Below, in pieces: positions 13,095 through 25,160 of a stretch of 64,000 nucleotides of DNA. The notes under the pieces were generated by a model. The model was not told where the DNA came from, did not search any database, and saw only the letters and a program-made list of their open reading frames with translations. The stretch covers positions 4,319,003-4,383,002 of the forward strand of contig MU058065.1 of the NCBI GenBank assembly GCA_013265495.1. Reading direction: 5' to 3'. Position numbers and translations under genes: made by a program. The first letter of the stretch is position 1. Every line of letters begins with the position of its first letter. The DNA is from Vicugna vicugna. Lineage: Eukaryota.

Positions 13095-13278
13095 AAAGTA
13101 GCTTTTATTTTTTTAGAGTTCCCAGCAAAACTGAGTCGAAAGTTCAGAGTTCCCATATAGTCCCTGTGCCCACACATGAGCAATCTCTCCCACTGTCCAC
13201 ATACAGCACCAGAGTGATACATTTGTGACAATCAACAAACCTGCACAGACACATCATTATCATGCCAAAGTCCATAGG
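13095..13278 (-). mobile_element. Old L1M 3' end fragment
   Basis: cagcaaaactgag...cagagttcccatata...caccagagtgatacatttg...acatcattatca...aaagtccatag; same family type as the 2705-3000 segment. Confidence 0.75.
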
Positions 13279-13539
13279 AAATACTTTTTTGTCCTTTAGG
13301 TGCTTTTAACTTCTATATGTACAGATGGATATGTTTATACATACACACACGTATACACCTACTTTCCTAAATTTAGTAGAAAGAAAAAGGCAACTTTTTA
13401 ATTGAGGAGGGCGAGAGGAAACTCAGTGTTTTGGGGGAGGCAGTTGGTAGATGGAGGAGTTGGGATTTGCCCCCAGGTCCATTGAAATGCAAAGCCAAGT
13501 TCTCCTCCATGGGTCAGGAAATGAATGGAAAAATTCAGA

Positions 13540-13740
13540 GCAAGGGATCCAGGTTCAGAGTATTATTTTTCTGGATGCAGGAAATTGTTTAACCTCTGCC
13601 ATTCAGTTTCCCTATCAGTAAAATGGGGATGATAATATTAACCTCAGAGTGTCAACGGTTACAAGAACATGGGAGAATACTGCATGGTAGGTGCTTCTGT
13701 GGTGTTTGAGCCACAGCAAACACTCCATAAATGAGAATGA
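13540..13740 (+). mobile_element. MIR
   Basis: tttaacctctgcc..tcagtttccctatcagtaaaatggggatgataata. Confidence 0.7.
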
Positions 13741-14049
13741 TTGTTAATTCACTAAATAATGCAAGTTTCAAATAACCTGTCCTTTGGTCAATGAATGAGT
13801 CCAATCTGAACCACTTGCCAGCTTCTACCCCAGGGCTTTGAATCACTTTCTTGCTTGATGAACTTCCAATACGCTTGTCTGGTTTTTAAACACAGCAACT
13901 GTCTTGAACACAGCCTTCCTATTGCTTATGCTCTCTTGGTTTTCGAAAGGTCCAGCCTTAATCTTTAGCAAATCTAGCTTGAAAATGCTGTGGTCGTAGA
14001 ATGTTTTACAAACCTTCGCCATTCTCTAACTAACTGCTCTAATGAAGAG

Positions 14050-14135
14050 AAAAATGGTAATTGAAATGAGACTAATTAGATTGTCAATTACCTGCCTCCT
14101 CACATAGGTAATTGAAATCTCCCTAATTATGGTGT
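14050..14135. promoter_or_regulatory. Candidate homeodomain enhancer module
   Basis: GGTAATTGAAAT-N4-CTAATTA twice (14056-14078, 14107-14129) plus an inverted copy CAATTACC (14085-14092). Confidence 0.45.
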
Positions 14136-14371
14136 CTGTGTGTCTAGATGCTTTGTACTGAGGAATTATTAACGGAAAGCAGCTTTAGATGAAGTAACAG
14201 GAAATCTCGAAAAATGATTTAGGGAAAATTTGTTCTAAAGCACTCATTCTTTCAAAGCAAAGATGTTATATATCCAACCCAGTAATGAAGTCATCAAGGA
14301 GGAAGGAAAATCAGTCCAGTATTTTGCCTTGACTATAAAGTTCAGGTTTAAACGCAGTAAGATGATATTAA

Positions 14372-14397
14372 ACCTTGACCTTGACCTTGACCTTGAC
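14372..14397. repeat. (ACCTTG)4 hexamer repeat, read on the minus strand as tandem AGGTCA half-sites
   Basis: accttgaccttgaccttgaccttgac. Confidence 0.85.
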
Positions 14398-16884
14398 TTT
14401 TATTTGCTATTTATCCCTGTTTTTTGAAAGTGCCTCCTTTGGTCCACAGGTTCTTTTTGCTTGGAAGGAATAGGTTTACATTAGCAGGCAATTAGAGGAT
14501 CTCAAGACAAATATAGAAAGTGAGATTTGCAGATGAGGCACAAAAATGGCTATGAAATTAAATATATACATCAAACAAATGACTTCCTCTGAGTGCCCAG
14601 TAGGAAGACCCTTTATTGAAGTGGCTTCAGGGGTGAGTAGGGAAGGTAGTTTTGATTCCAGTAAAAAAAAGTTTATAGTGATGAAATCCTTAGAGTTTCA
14701 CTGCTAGGAGGGGTGGTTTCCCACTTTAAACAAAGTATGTTCTTAGAAACAAGGCCTCTTCCATTCCTGTTTCAATTTTGTAGTGGAAGAGATTCCTTGG
14801 AGGCAGCTATAAGGTCACATCAATAATCGAAGTCTATTTGTATCAGGATCATTTTTCCAGCCTTGTGACATCTGAAAGGTACCTCAAGAGTTTTACAATA
14901 AACTTGAAGTTAGGTGGGAAAGATATGATGAACTCTGTCTGAGATGGGGAGATGGAGTGATGCAGAAAACGAAGAGACGACCAGAGTGAATTATTGAAGA
15001 TGCTTGAAAAATTATCTGGTTAAGTAGAGTCTTACTGAATGCAGTCGTGGTCCTTCCCCTCTTAGACCTTTGTAGGAAAGCAGGGGGTCTGGGTAGGTGA
15101 AATATCATTGCTCTCCGTATTTTAATCTAGTGAGGTTGCAATGTAAAACATACCTGCCTCTTTTTCTGTCCAGGTAGAGACTACAAATGGGGCCAAAGGT
15201 CATTTTGTGGTTTTTGAATGATCCTTTTTTTAAGTTATGTGAACATAAGGAACATTGAAATTCATTGAAGTTTCAGTATCATTCTGGCTTGACAGTCATC
15301 ACGAAAGGGCTCCTGCGGGCCCCTTGAAGCGGGACTGACCATGGGGGAAGGTCAAGTCTGGAATGCAATTTAGACCTCACCCAGCATCTGTGATATTGTG
15401 GGGGAACTTCTGGTATTTTGCCCAGTGCATGAGTAAGGCTGGACTCTTACTGCGGTGCCCACCAACCCCTGTGCCCCTTCACCCCCAGCACAGTGTTTGT
15501 ATTTCCAAGAGACTGTGCTCAAAGAGCTCTAACTGTGGGAGTCCAGGGTGGAGCAACACTATGGTCTGCACACATCTGGAAAGTGGTAGATGGTGTCACT
15601 GTACCAGCTGGGAAGGAGTTGTGTTTGTTTTCAGTAGCAACACCGTATGACAGCAACGGTTGAAAATTGCACCCCATCTCCCCCATGTGCAATGCATGGT
15701 ACAGTAAAACCATTTTAGTGGGATAGAATCAGCATAGTTTTTGACCAAAAGAGAATATAATAGAAGACATCAAGTTGCAAAGCACAAATAAAACAAATTT
15801 CCTTAAAAAGAAAATGTTGAGAATCTCTGAAGATTTATGGGACATCTCAGTCCCCTGTCCAAGAAGTATTTAGAGATAGGACTCAGTTTTGGACCGAGTA
15901 AGTCATCTTCTGGTTCTTGGTTATTTGACTAGTGAGTGGAGACCCATAAAGAGGTAATAGAATTATGGGTGGTGGGGAAGGAGGTGTTGAACAAGTAAAT
16001 TTGTGGGCAAAAAAACCAAAGGATTCATTGTCTTTGTTTCTCTAGCTGGAGATGTGGTTCATGCTTACTCCACTGATAATGAAATAGCTTTGTTTTAGGA
16101 ATTCCTGAAATTGCTTGGTGGCTCCCAGAATCATATACTGAAGTAGGATAAGGAGTCTTGAGTTTTCTAATCTTCTTTGTGATGGGCTCAATCAATGAGG
16201 TGGGAAAATTTAGTTAATACTTTTCCTTCTTCCATCTGTTCACTCTCCTCAAATGACAAAGGCCCAATTAACCACATTTCTACATAGAATAAAAAGAAAG
16301 AAGACTGAAAAAAAAATGTATACTCATATCACTGGGTACATGAGGGCTGTAAAGAGGAAAAGAGGAGGAACAATGATATTAAAAAAAAGCATCTTCACAC
16401 TTTCTAGAAGCTGCTAATTGGTTCAACAGTTCATCCCATGAGAACAATTCAAATTTCACTGAGAGGGGCATCTAAGTACAGAGCATGTGTTTGGGGATGT
16501 TAATGTTTGTCTTCTTTCTTGTTGCTGTTGGTGTAGGCCAGAGATGGTTTCTGATGGCATAGGAAGTTGGTGGCATTGCAAAATTGTGTCATAATGGAAT
16601 TTGATTGAGGAGCTTTTCACTCTTATCAATTTCAAGTACCTCCCATTAATAGTGCCAGCCCTCCCCCTGGTTTTATTCCTACTGTAAGCACCACCCTCCC
16701 CTTTTTTTTCCCTCAAGCATCTATGTTGTACTTCCCCTAGTCCCAGGCTCTATTCATTCATCCAGTCACTAATATGTCATTTAGTGTTAACCTCTCGCTG
16801 AATGCTGAGGACACAGAAAAAAGGAAATGTTCCCCATCAGATACTTACTCTTTTAAAATGTCTCCAGGCTCTATTTGCTTCTAG

Positions 16885-17260
16885 GATCCTGTGTCAGACA
16901 CTGCTTGTCGGCCAACCCAACAGCTGTCCCTAATGTCCTTTTCAGTCTCCATCTTCCGCTGTAGCCAGGGAAGATCATGTGACATTGTTCTGACCAATGA
17001 GCTGCAAGGACCTAATGAAAAGGTGGTCCTAGAATTTGTAGTTTTTGATAAAAGGCACCAAAGTGGCTGGCACTTTCCCTTCACACTTTCTGTCTTGAAC
17101 TAGCTGAGATCCCTGGTTCTAGAGCAGCCACGTCGAAATTGTAAAAAGATGAACAAGAAGGAAAAGCCAGTAGAATCACAAAGATGCAGGCTGTCTGAAT
17201 TAACACTATTTCCAATCACTTCTAGATTCCCTGTTATTTGTTTAAGACCCTGTAAGCCAG
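16885..17260 (+). mobile_element. Old MLT1 (MaLR) LTR fragment
   Basis: catgtgacattgttctgaccaatgag...ctagagcagccac...agattccctgttatttgtttaagac resemble MLT1K/L. Confidence 0.45.
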
Positions 17261-20200
17261 GTGAAGTTCGAGAGGCTGTACCTCACGGCCATGTTTAACA
17301 TTTGATGGGTTTCTCATCTCCATCTATTCCCAGCTCCATCATCTCTCACCTAATCCTCTAGCAGGTATCAGGCTATTATCACTTCTGTGGGCTACCAGGA
17401 GACCTTGGCTTTCCCAAACCCTTTGGGTATAATTCTATTTTTCCCCCTTTACAACTATTTCCAGGAAAGATGAAAGCTAACCAAATCAGAACATAGACTC
17501 CCACAGAAACTGGGCTTTAAATGACATGATATGTGATAATTCCCTGGCATATACCAGGTCCTCAACAAATACTGGTTTCTATTTCCTTTCTATTCCATTG
17601 GCATCAAGGCTGCTCATCTTAAACAGCTGAAGACTAGTCATGGGATCACGTGGGTGGCACAGGCTCCGGGGCAAAGGTGCCCATTCATTTTCATTAACTT
17701 GGCGTAAAGAAAACTTCAAAGGCTTACCTTTTCAATTTAGAAGACCTTCTCCTCCCACACACTCCTTCATGTGGTATTGCAGAAAGAGCCCAAGACCATG
17801 AGTTAGGAGATCTGTGCCTTAGTCCTAGGTTGGCTGTTAATTCACCATCTAAACGTGAGAAGTTCCCATCACTTCACAGGCTCTGTAGGGACCTGTCGTG
17901 AATCAGTCCCTGCTGTAGCCTGAGATACAGAGATGAAGAAAGAGATGTGGTTTCTGCCACTGAAAAACTCATGTCACTCGTGTCACTAGGAAAAAGAGAT
18001 TTATGAACAAATCATTTTAGTTCAATATTATCTATGCTTTGATGGAGATACATATAGCACCAATAGGAACACAGCAAAAGGCCCTGGGGTTAGCCTTGGA
18101 GTTGGAGGAGGTGATGCCGGGGAGAGCACTGCCTGATGATAAGGATTTAGCTAGGTGAAGGAGGAGAGGAAGGCAGCGTAAGCAAAGACCATTTTTCTCC
18201 TCTGTAAATTTAAGGTTTTGTATTGATGATTCACAAGATCTCTTCTAGTTTCAACACGTTATTCTATGTTTGCTTGGCTTGTTTCTTGGGAAAACACAAG
18301 TGTATTTGTTTTCCCAAGAGTTATCAACCAAGAAGAGAAAGAAAGAGTAGAAAGAAAGAATCTATGTTAGTAGAGCTGAGCACAATAATTCTTGCATCTC
18401 TTCTTTTGAATCTCAGATTTTATTACAGCCAAATGACACTTGCATGATTTCACTCTCTTTCATGAATAAAACTTGATGAAATGCTTCAAGTAATATGATG
18501 GTTGTGCAGTGGCCATTGCTATATTCCAGGAAAATACAAATTTTAAAAAAGCTTTGAACATATTGGAATATGAAGGGTCTATAAACAATTTTTAAGTCCT
18601 CCTCTAAAGTTAAGAACAGGTACCTGGGAAATTACAAGATTGAAACTTTTCTCCCTTTACCTCTGGCTAAGGCAAGGTCAATGCCCTGTAAATTATATCA
18701 GTGGTTCAGGAAGGGGGACTGAAATATGGTCTCCAGGAGAATAATGCCTTATTCCATGTAGTATCCCTGATATTTAGAACTATGTTTAGTGTATAGTAGG
18801 TGCTCAGTAAATATCATTTAAATGAATAGGTGACTGAGGTCATCTGCTTCTGGACCATAAGGAGGTATCACGCCCACAAGGAGATGGCAACAGCAGATCA
18901 AATCTACACTTTACTTCACAGTGTAAGGCAACTGGGGTGAGCTTTTCAATCTATGGAGACCCCAAACTTCCTTAAGCTCCTTTGCTGAGTAAGGAGCATT
19001 GAATGTAATTGCTTCTCCAATTTCTAATCCATTGAAGTCATCTTCCCACATACTGTTGGCATATAGATTAGCAAATTCCAGCTCAGGATAACCAGGAAAA
19101 GCAGCCTTGGTCAATGTCCAAAAGCATACATCTAAAGGTAGAGTACCCTGACAAAGTTAGCTGCTAACAGAAAGCCCATAATATACTTCTCATCAAACAC
19201 AAGTTGGATTTAAGTTTAAGTGTTCAAATGCTGCCTTTTTGATTGGCTGACCTCTGGTTTAGGTAGATATTTTTATGTATGAACTTTGTGTGAACCTGGA
19301 GAGACAAAAGAATAATGGGCTACTGGCTGAGGGCTAAGAAAGTGACCTTGCCTGGGTCATTCTGGGATTCCCCAGGGACACTGGAGAAGACCCTGCCACA
19401 CATTGTCTAATAAAGTCCAATAAAAGGGAGAGTTAGTCCTGGTGTGGTGTCAGCATAGCTATAAATTCTTCTGCAATAATAAAATAATAGGATGTTATTA
19501 ATTCAACCATTCTGGTTCCTTTGAAATAGTAGTAAAGTAATATCATTGATTCATATTTTTGACTGCTAATACATTATTTTCCAGAACTATTAACTGCCTT
19601 AAAACTAGCATGCCATGATACAGTGGGAAGAGATAGTGAAATATTTCGACTGATTCCAGCAATTAACTTAATTTAAGGCTACTCTGCACATTTTAGAATT
19701 AAGAATTACACTTTAGAATAACTTACAGAAAAAATTAAAATGAGACAATGAGCATTTTTGGACTTAATCACTCAGTCTTACAGGTGAAATCTGGGTCACA
19801 TTTTTTTCAAGAAAAGAAGTATCAGTTGACATTTAAAATCTCAATCTTCCACACATTTTTGTCTTTGAGTCAAAGGAACAGAAAAGTATAACATTTATTA
19901 AATTCCCACTTTGAGCAGTATATTGTACTAAATATTTTCACATACGTGAATTCATCAAACTATGATCTAGATGAATTTGAAACAGGTTTGCTATCTTCTC
20001 CTAGTCCAGACCTACAATCTTAGAGAAAAACTACATCTAAACCAAGTTCTAAGAATGTAAAGATGTGATGGAGTTTGGGAAATGGGTAAATTGTCCTTCT
20101 CAAATGTTCTGGAGTAGAGAATATCACTAGTATTTTGTGTGCATGTATCAAAAAAGACAATAGCTTATGCTGTTAAATGTAAAAGCAAACAAAATGCATT

Positions 20201-20727
20201 AGAATCTGGACAATTAAAAGGAACCAGGAAAAAGAAGGATGTTTTCACTTAGTAAAAAATCGAGAACAGAAATTACGAATTCTGTACAACCAAGAGGTGC
20301 ATTTTTTAGGTGCAGTGTTAAGAATGATTTATAGAAGGGTTGGAAACAAACCAGAATAAAAAGTAAAAAAACAAAACAAAACAACAACAACAACAACAAA
20401 AAGAAGGGAACTGGTGTAGGGAAAGATTCTGCCAGTGTAGCTGGAAAGAATTTGTCCAGAGCAAGAATGTCTTAATGACCCTCCCACCTCAGAGCTTACT
20501 CTATCAACCTCCTGGTAGCTATTGGTTTTTGGACATTTTTCTGAGAAGCCAGCAGATTAATATTGAGTAAAATCTACTTTTATAGTCATAATTTCGTATC
20601 CTTTTCCTTAACGAGGGCTTCCATAATCATATAAGCTTCAGGACTCATAAAGCTCGGATCTTTCACTGGGAGGGGCAGAAAAACAACTTCATCTGCCAAA
20701 AGCCATGCCTTAAAAGATTGTAGGAAG

Positions 20728-20870
20728 CAGGACCATTTGGATAATTTGCCCAGCTTAGTGGTAAATGCAAGCCTGGGGCTCTATGGTCAAAATCTATGAA
20801 GAATTTCAAGATGGCAGCAACAGCATTGAACCATGTGTCAGTCCCTTCCTTGCACAGAAAACTGGTCCTG
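20728..20870 (-). mobile_element. MER91A-like hAT-Tip100 element
   Basis: TIRs caggacca...tggtcctg; internal (minus) aatgctgttgctgccatcttgaaattctt...gagcccca...caaattat; degenerate 8-bp TSD gtaggaag/acaggaag. Confidence 0.7.
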
Positions 20871-21147
20871 ACAGGAAGATGGTACATGGGCACACTGTAT
20901 TTCTGGTCCTCTGGTCCCTGAATCTGAGGCTTCCACTCCCAAGGTCAGCCGTCTTGGTGACAGCTTGATAGCTCTTGCTCCTACCAGCAAATGGACTCAG
21001 CTCTGCTCTCTCTTCCTGACTTCTACCTCTTGGCTCTGTTGTGCATTTTATACTTCTGTTTCCTACTGTTTCCCACATTCAAATTCTCTGAGAGTGGGAG
21101 AGAGGGAAGGAGAAAGAGAGAGGGAGAAAAAAAGAGAGCTGATTAGG

Positions 21148-21153
21148 TTTATT
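21148..21153 (-). terminator. Candidate polyadenylation signal AATAAA for the minus-strand gene
   Basis: tttatt on plus strand, ~190 nt downstream of the TAA stop at 21342-21344. Confidence 0.45.
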
Positions 21154-21341
21154 TATGGTTATTCAGCGTGAAGCACCCTGTTGGGTGGAATTCTCACGTG
21201 CAGCTGATGCATGGATCACTAGACAGGGTATAAATGGCTACTTAGGGTCAGGTGACAATCTTGGTCTAATTAACTTGTGGCAAGGGTTGCGGTGTCACAT
21301 AGTGAAAAGGATGATGACTTCTCTGCTTCTAATTCCTTCAC

Positions 21342-21452
21342 TTAGAGCTGTGGGCAGGCAGCGCCGGAAAGCCTCTTGTGTGGGCGAGATGGCTGGAAGA
21401 TACTGGACCCGTTCTGTCTCATCCAATGTGCATAAGGTCCAATGCGACGTTC
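21342..21452 (-). CDS. Candidate terminal coding exon of an unidentified gene (ERRIGPYAHWMRQNGSSIFQPSRPHKRLSGAACPQL*)
   Basis: Acceptor atatttttccag|GAA, phase 0, 37 codons ending in TAA, locally CpG-rich, AATAAA downstream. Confidence 0.55.
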   Translation of the reverse strand, partial: ERRIGPYAHWMRQNGSSIFQPSRPHKRLSGAACPQL

Positions 21453-21607
21453 CTGGAAAAATATTTAAGAGTATTGTATATTGTAGCACAGAAGTCGACC
21501 TTTGCAAGTTAAAAATAATATTGTGTTCCCAAACTGGGGTGAATTGAACATTGGAAAAGCAGAATGTGAGGCTGGCTCCCTCTGAGAATTTCGCTCTGCT
21601 TTCTTAC

Positions 21608-21690
21608 CAGATTCCAGTTTTCCGCAAAGGCATTTTCAAGTGGGCTGTGATTGTCTTCCGGTAGACACCTCGTGTGCTCATAAATCTTCA
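21608..21690 (-). CDS. Candidate penultimate exon (xKIYEHTRCLPEDNHSPLENAFAENWNL)
   Basis: Acceptor tttacttttcggtgctag|TG, donor CTG|GTAAGA; ends phase 0, in frame with 21342-21452 across a 155-nt intron. Confidence 0.55.
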
Positions 21691-22059
21691 CTAGCACCGA
21701 AAAGTAAATTGCGTTGTGTTTGAGAATTCTTTGGATAGTGAGAGGGATGCACGGGGAGGGGAGGGGCTGTGTTCTCAAGGTGGAAGTTGCCAGTTGGAAG
21801 GCGAGAATCCCAGGGGAGGGCGGTGAAGGCAGAACCCCGGCTGAGGAGGCTTTGGTCACGGAAGGGATGGCTGCGGCCAGCTGTCCCGCAGAAGCGACTC
21901 AACCAGCGTCCATCCAGAAGCTACCGGTGGGGCGACAGCATTCTGTGACTCCTTGCGTCTCAAATTGGTTGAGCCTCAAAATCCCCTGGGTGGATTTTTG
22001 CAAATACAGACATTAAAAAAAAAAACCTTTCAATCACAGCAATTTAGGGGTCGTTGTGA

Positions 22060-22250
22060 GCCTAGGTCTGGAGTCAGACAATTGGTTCAAATCCCAGTTT
22101 TAGGACTTAAGTGTGTCTGATCTCTGTGGTTTCATTTTCTCATCTATGAAATGTAGACAATAATCCTACCCTTTTTATAAGGTTTGTGAAATCAAATGGG
22201 AAGATGAATACGCCAGCACAGTACTGAAAAGTTCGGGAGTACCCAGTAAA
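22060..22250 (+). mobile_element. MIR
   Basis: ctggagtcagac...ggttcaaatccc...ttttctcatctatgaaatg...ataatcctacc. Confidence 0.7.
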
Positions 22251-23564
22251 TCCTGGTTGGTCTTTAACATATTCATATTACACATAATATGCGCTTATGG
22301 ATGGAGGTGTTTATACACATGTGTACACAGAAGCACAGGTAAATTACATTAAGGCTTAATGCGCCATCGGCAAGGGGATACTTTAAACTTTCCTTTGAAA
22401 TCTGCTCTTGAAAGATGAGCGGAGTATATTCCAACATGTGTTAAAAATTAAGTTAGAATCTAAATGAAGGCATAGTTCCATAGGGAAGGACTTGAGATTT
22501 GACAAACAATCAAAACATAAATCTAATTTCTTTTAGGGGAAAAAGGAGTCAGAAGCCAAAGAGATTAACTCCCGTGTTCCCAAGCACAGAGAGGAAAAGA
22601 AGCCTAGCAAATATAGTAACTGTTTCACAGGCAAAAACAGGAATTCAGGGAGCTACCAGGCAAGAGTGGAGGACAGAGGTGAGACGCGATCTTTTCCCTC
22701 CGATTTATAACTGCAGCTCTCTGGATTGTCAGTTCCTGCGGGGCATGGACCATGTCTGTGTCACTCCCCGGAGCTAGATCCTTACATATCACCATGTGTG
22801 GATTAGCATTTAATAAGTGTTTGTGGAGATGACTGATGATACGGCCAGTGCACTTGGTAATTTAGAGCAGGCTGTGTCGGTTGTAAGAAGTTTTATTTTT
22901 CTTCCTGTGGGAACCCCTTCTCTGCTTGACTTTTCTTGATTGTAAGCTCCCTTGGGCAGGAAACTTGTTTGTCTGTATGTTTATTAAGAGACATTGAACA
23001 AATTGCAACAAACTACACAGTGATAACAGTGAGTAAAAATTTCATGAGACGCTATCAAATGATTCATTAAAAGAAAGATCCAGGATATTACCACCAACTG
23101 CTACATTAACTAGTCATGCCGTAACACCATCAAAATGCTAATTAGGTTGTCTGGCATGATTTGTTATTAAAAAAAAATCGACCCAAGTTTCCTGGAGTTC
23201 TTAAATTTGGCTAGTTTTTCTCTCCTAATATTTGCATCAGGGTTTATTGGGTACCATTTAGTTCTTTTCCTTTGGAGATAAACAAAGCTTTTGTACAGGC
23301 CTCTTGTCACTCTAAACTTTCAGACAGAGGTCCAAGTCTGCAGAATAGTGAATGGAAATCATGCAAAGAGGATAAAGCATGGTGTTAGGAAGGTGCCAGG
23401 GGGAAGAGACTGCTCATGTTGTCCTGTCTTGGGATCCAGCCAGGACTGACTGGCTGGCTGCTTGCAGCTGGACGGGGCAGGTGGGAAGGACTAAGACCTA
23501 TAGCTCGGGCCCCTCCCTGGCAATAGGCGCGGAGCTGGCACGGGAACAGTGAGAGGAGGCTTAC

Positions 23565-23601
23565 ACAGAGAAGGTTCTGTCCAGCAGGCCGGGTCTGGTA
23601 T
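23565..23601 (-). CDS. Candidate 37-nt internal exon (IPDPACWTEPSL+T)
   Basis: Acceptor cctctgcctgcaag|, donor TGT|GTAAGC; phase 0 to phase 1, which fits the 21690 acceptor. Confidence 0.3.
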
Positions 23602-24179
23602 CTTGCAGGCAGAGGTTTCAGAGGCAATTAATGACGGACAAAAATTCAAGATGAAAAGAGAAGATGCCTAATAAGTAAGGCTCCCTCAGCCTTGGAAGGG
23701 ACACGTGCACTGAATCATTTTCCCTAAATGGCCACTCAGAATGGAAGTCTAGGCTAAAGTCCAGCTATTAATAGAGATGCTGTGGCCACAGGGGACTGAT
23801 GATGAAAGGGAACATGAGAGGCCATGTCTCAGATCTATCTAGGACACTATGGCTGAGTGGACTGCAAGGTGACATGCTGAAGCCTAGATTGTTGGTACCA
23901 GCAGAGTCGATGTCATTGCTTTAGTTAGGAATTGAGAGCAGAGCTGGGCCTCTGGATAGACCAAAGGGTCCCACTGCAGAGAGGATGAGACAGGGGCTGT
24001 CAGCAAGCATGGCCATGGTTTGTACCACCAAAGCTTCTGCTCTGACTCCTGTCCCCAAATCTCCAGAATGATGGAACTGGCATCATTCTTGCAGGGAGAG
24101 ACAGCAGAGCATAATGCTGAGAGCACATGGTCTGGAGTGAGGTGGTTTGGCTTTGGTTCCTAACTAAAGCAAATAGCAA

Positions 24180-24426
24180 ACAGCAAATCAGAGTATGGGG
24201 CACCCAGTTGAATTAGAATTTTGGATAAACTCTGACTAATTTTTTAGTATAACCATGTCCCCCATATTACATGAGACAGACTTATGCTCCAAAAGTCTGG
24301 TCCTATGTAACATTTGAGATATAATGACACTAAAAAATGAATCAATGTTCATAGCAACACTATTTACAACAGCTAAGGCAATAAAGCAATTTAAATGTCC
24401 ATTGACAGATGACTGGATAAAGAAGT

Positions 24427-24460
<34 letters not shown>

Positions 24461-24982
24461 TTGAAATACTACTCAGCTGTAAAAAAGAATACAGTAATGC
24501 CATTTGCAGCAACATGGGTGAAGCTGGAGATCATCATTCTAAGTGAAGAAAGAGAAAGAAAAATTCCATGAAATTGTTTATATGTGGAATCTAAAAGAAA
24601 AATGGACACAAATGAATTACTTCTTATTTATAACAGATGATTGATTTCTTGAATATGTGTAAGCACATTTGACTGTCCTTTATGATTGGATTACTACATT
24701 CTATTGATTCTTATTTTGTGGTTGGCTTTACTCCTTTGATAACTATGTAGGTTTAAAAAGTTAAAGTTCTAAACTGTTCTTAGAAACAATGAACATTACA
24801 TATAGACACATTTAAAAATATGTGCAATCTATTGTATATATGCATTTACATATATCGTATATGTGCAGTCAAGTTGTATTAATCTTACCTAACAAAACTG
24901 AAAAGTGAAAAAAAAAATGAGTTGTTTACCTGAAATTCTAACTTAACTAGATGTTGTCTATTTTTTTTTTCTGGCAATCCCA
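24180..24982. mobile_element. MER53 palindromic DNA transposon interrupted by L1
   Basis: cacccagttgaattagaattttggataaac...ttttttagtataa..atgtccc.. left part; ttgtttacctgaaattc...ttaact...tctggcaatccc right part. Confidence 0.7.
24341..24915 (+). mobile_element. L1 3' end (ORF2 tail + UTR) with (CA)n at ~24427-24450
   Basis: caatgttcatagcaacactatttacaa...aaatgtccattgacagatgactggataaagaa...gaaatactactcagc...atgccatttgcagcaacatgg...atcatcattctaagtgaa. Confidence 0.88.
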
Positions 24983-24989
24983 CTCAACT

Positions 24990-25160
24990 CTCTTACTGTC
25001 TAGCTATAGGAATTTGGGAAATTATTTAAAATCTGAATTTCCTTATCTGTAGAATGTAAATGATCTAGCTCATAAGGTTGTTGTGAGAACTGAGTAGGTT
25101 AATACATTGAAATTACTCCAAATAGTGTCTGGCACAGGGTAAGTGCTTAAAAATGATTAC
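24990..25160 (+). mobile_element. MIR
   Basis: tttccttatctgtagaatg...cataaggttgttgtgagaactgag...gtgtctggcacag..taagtgct. Confidence 0.7.
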
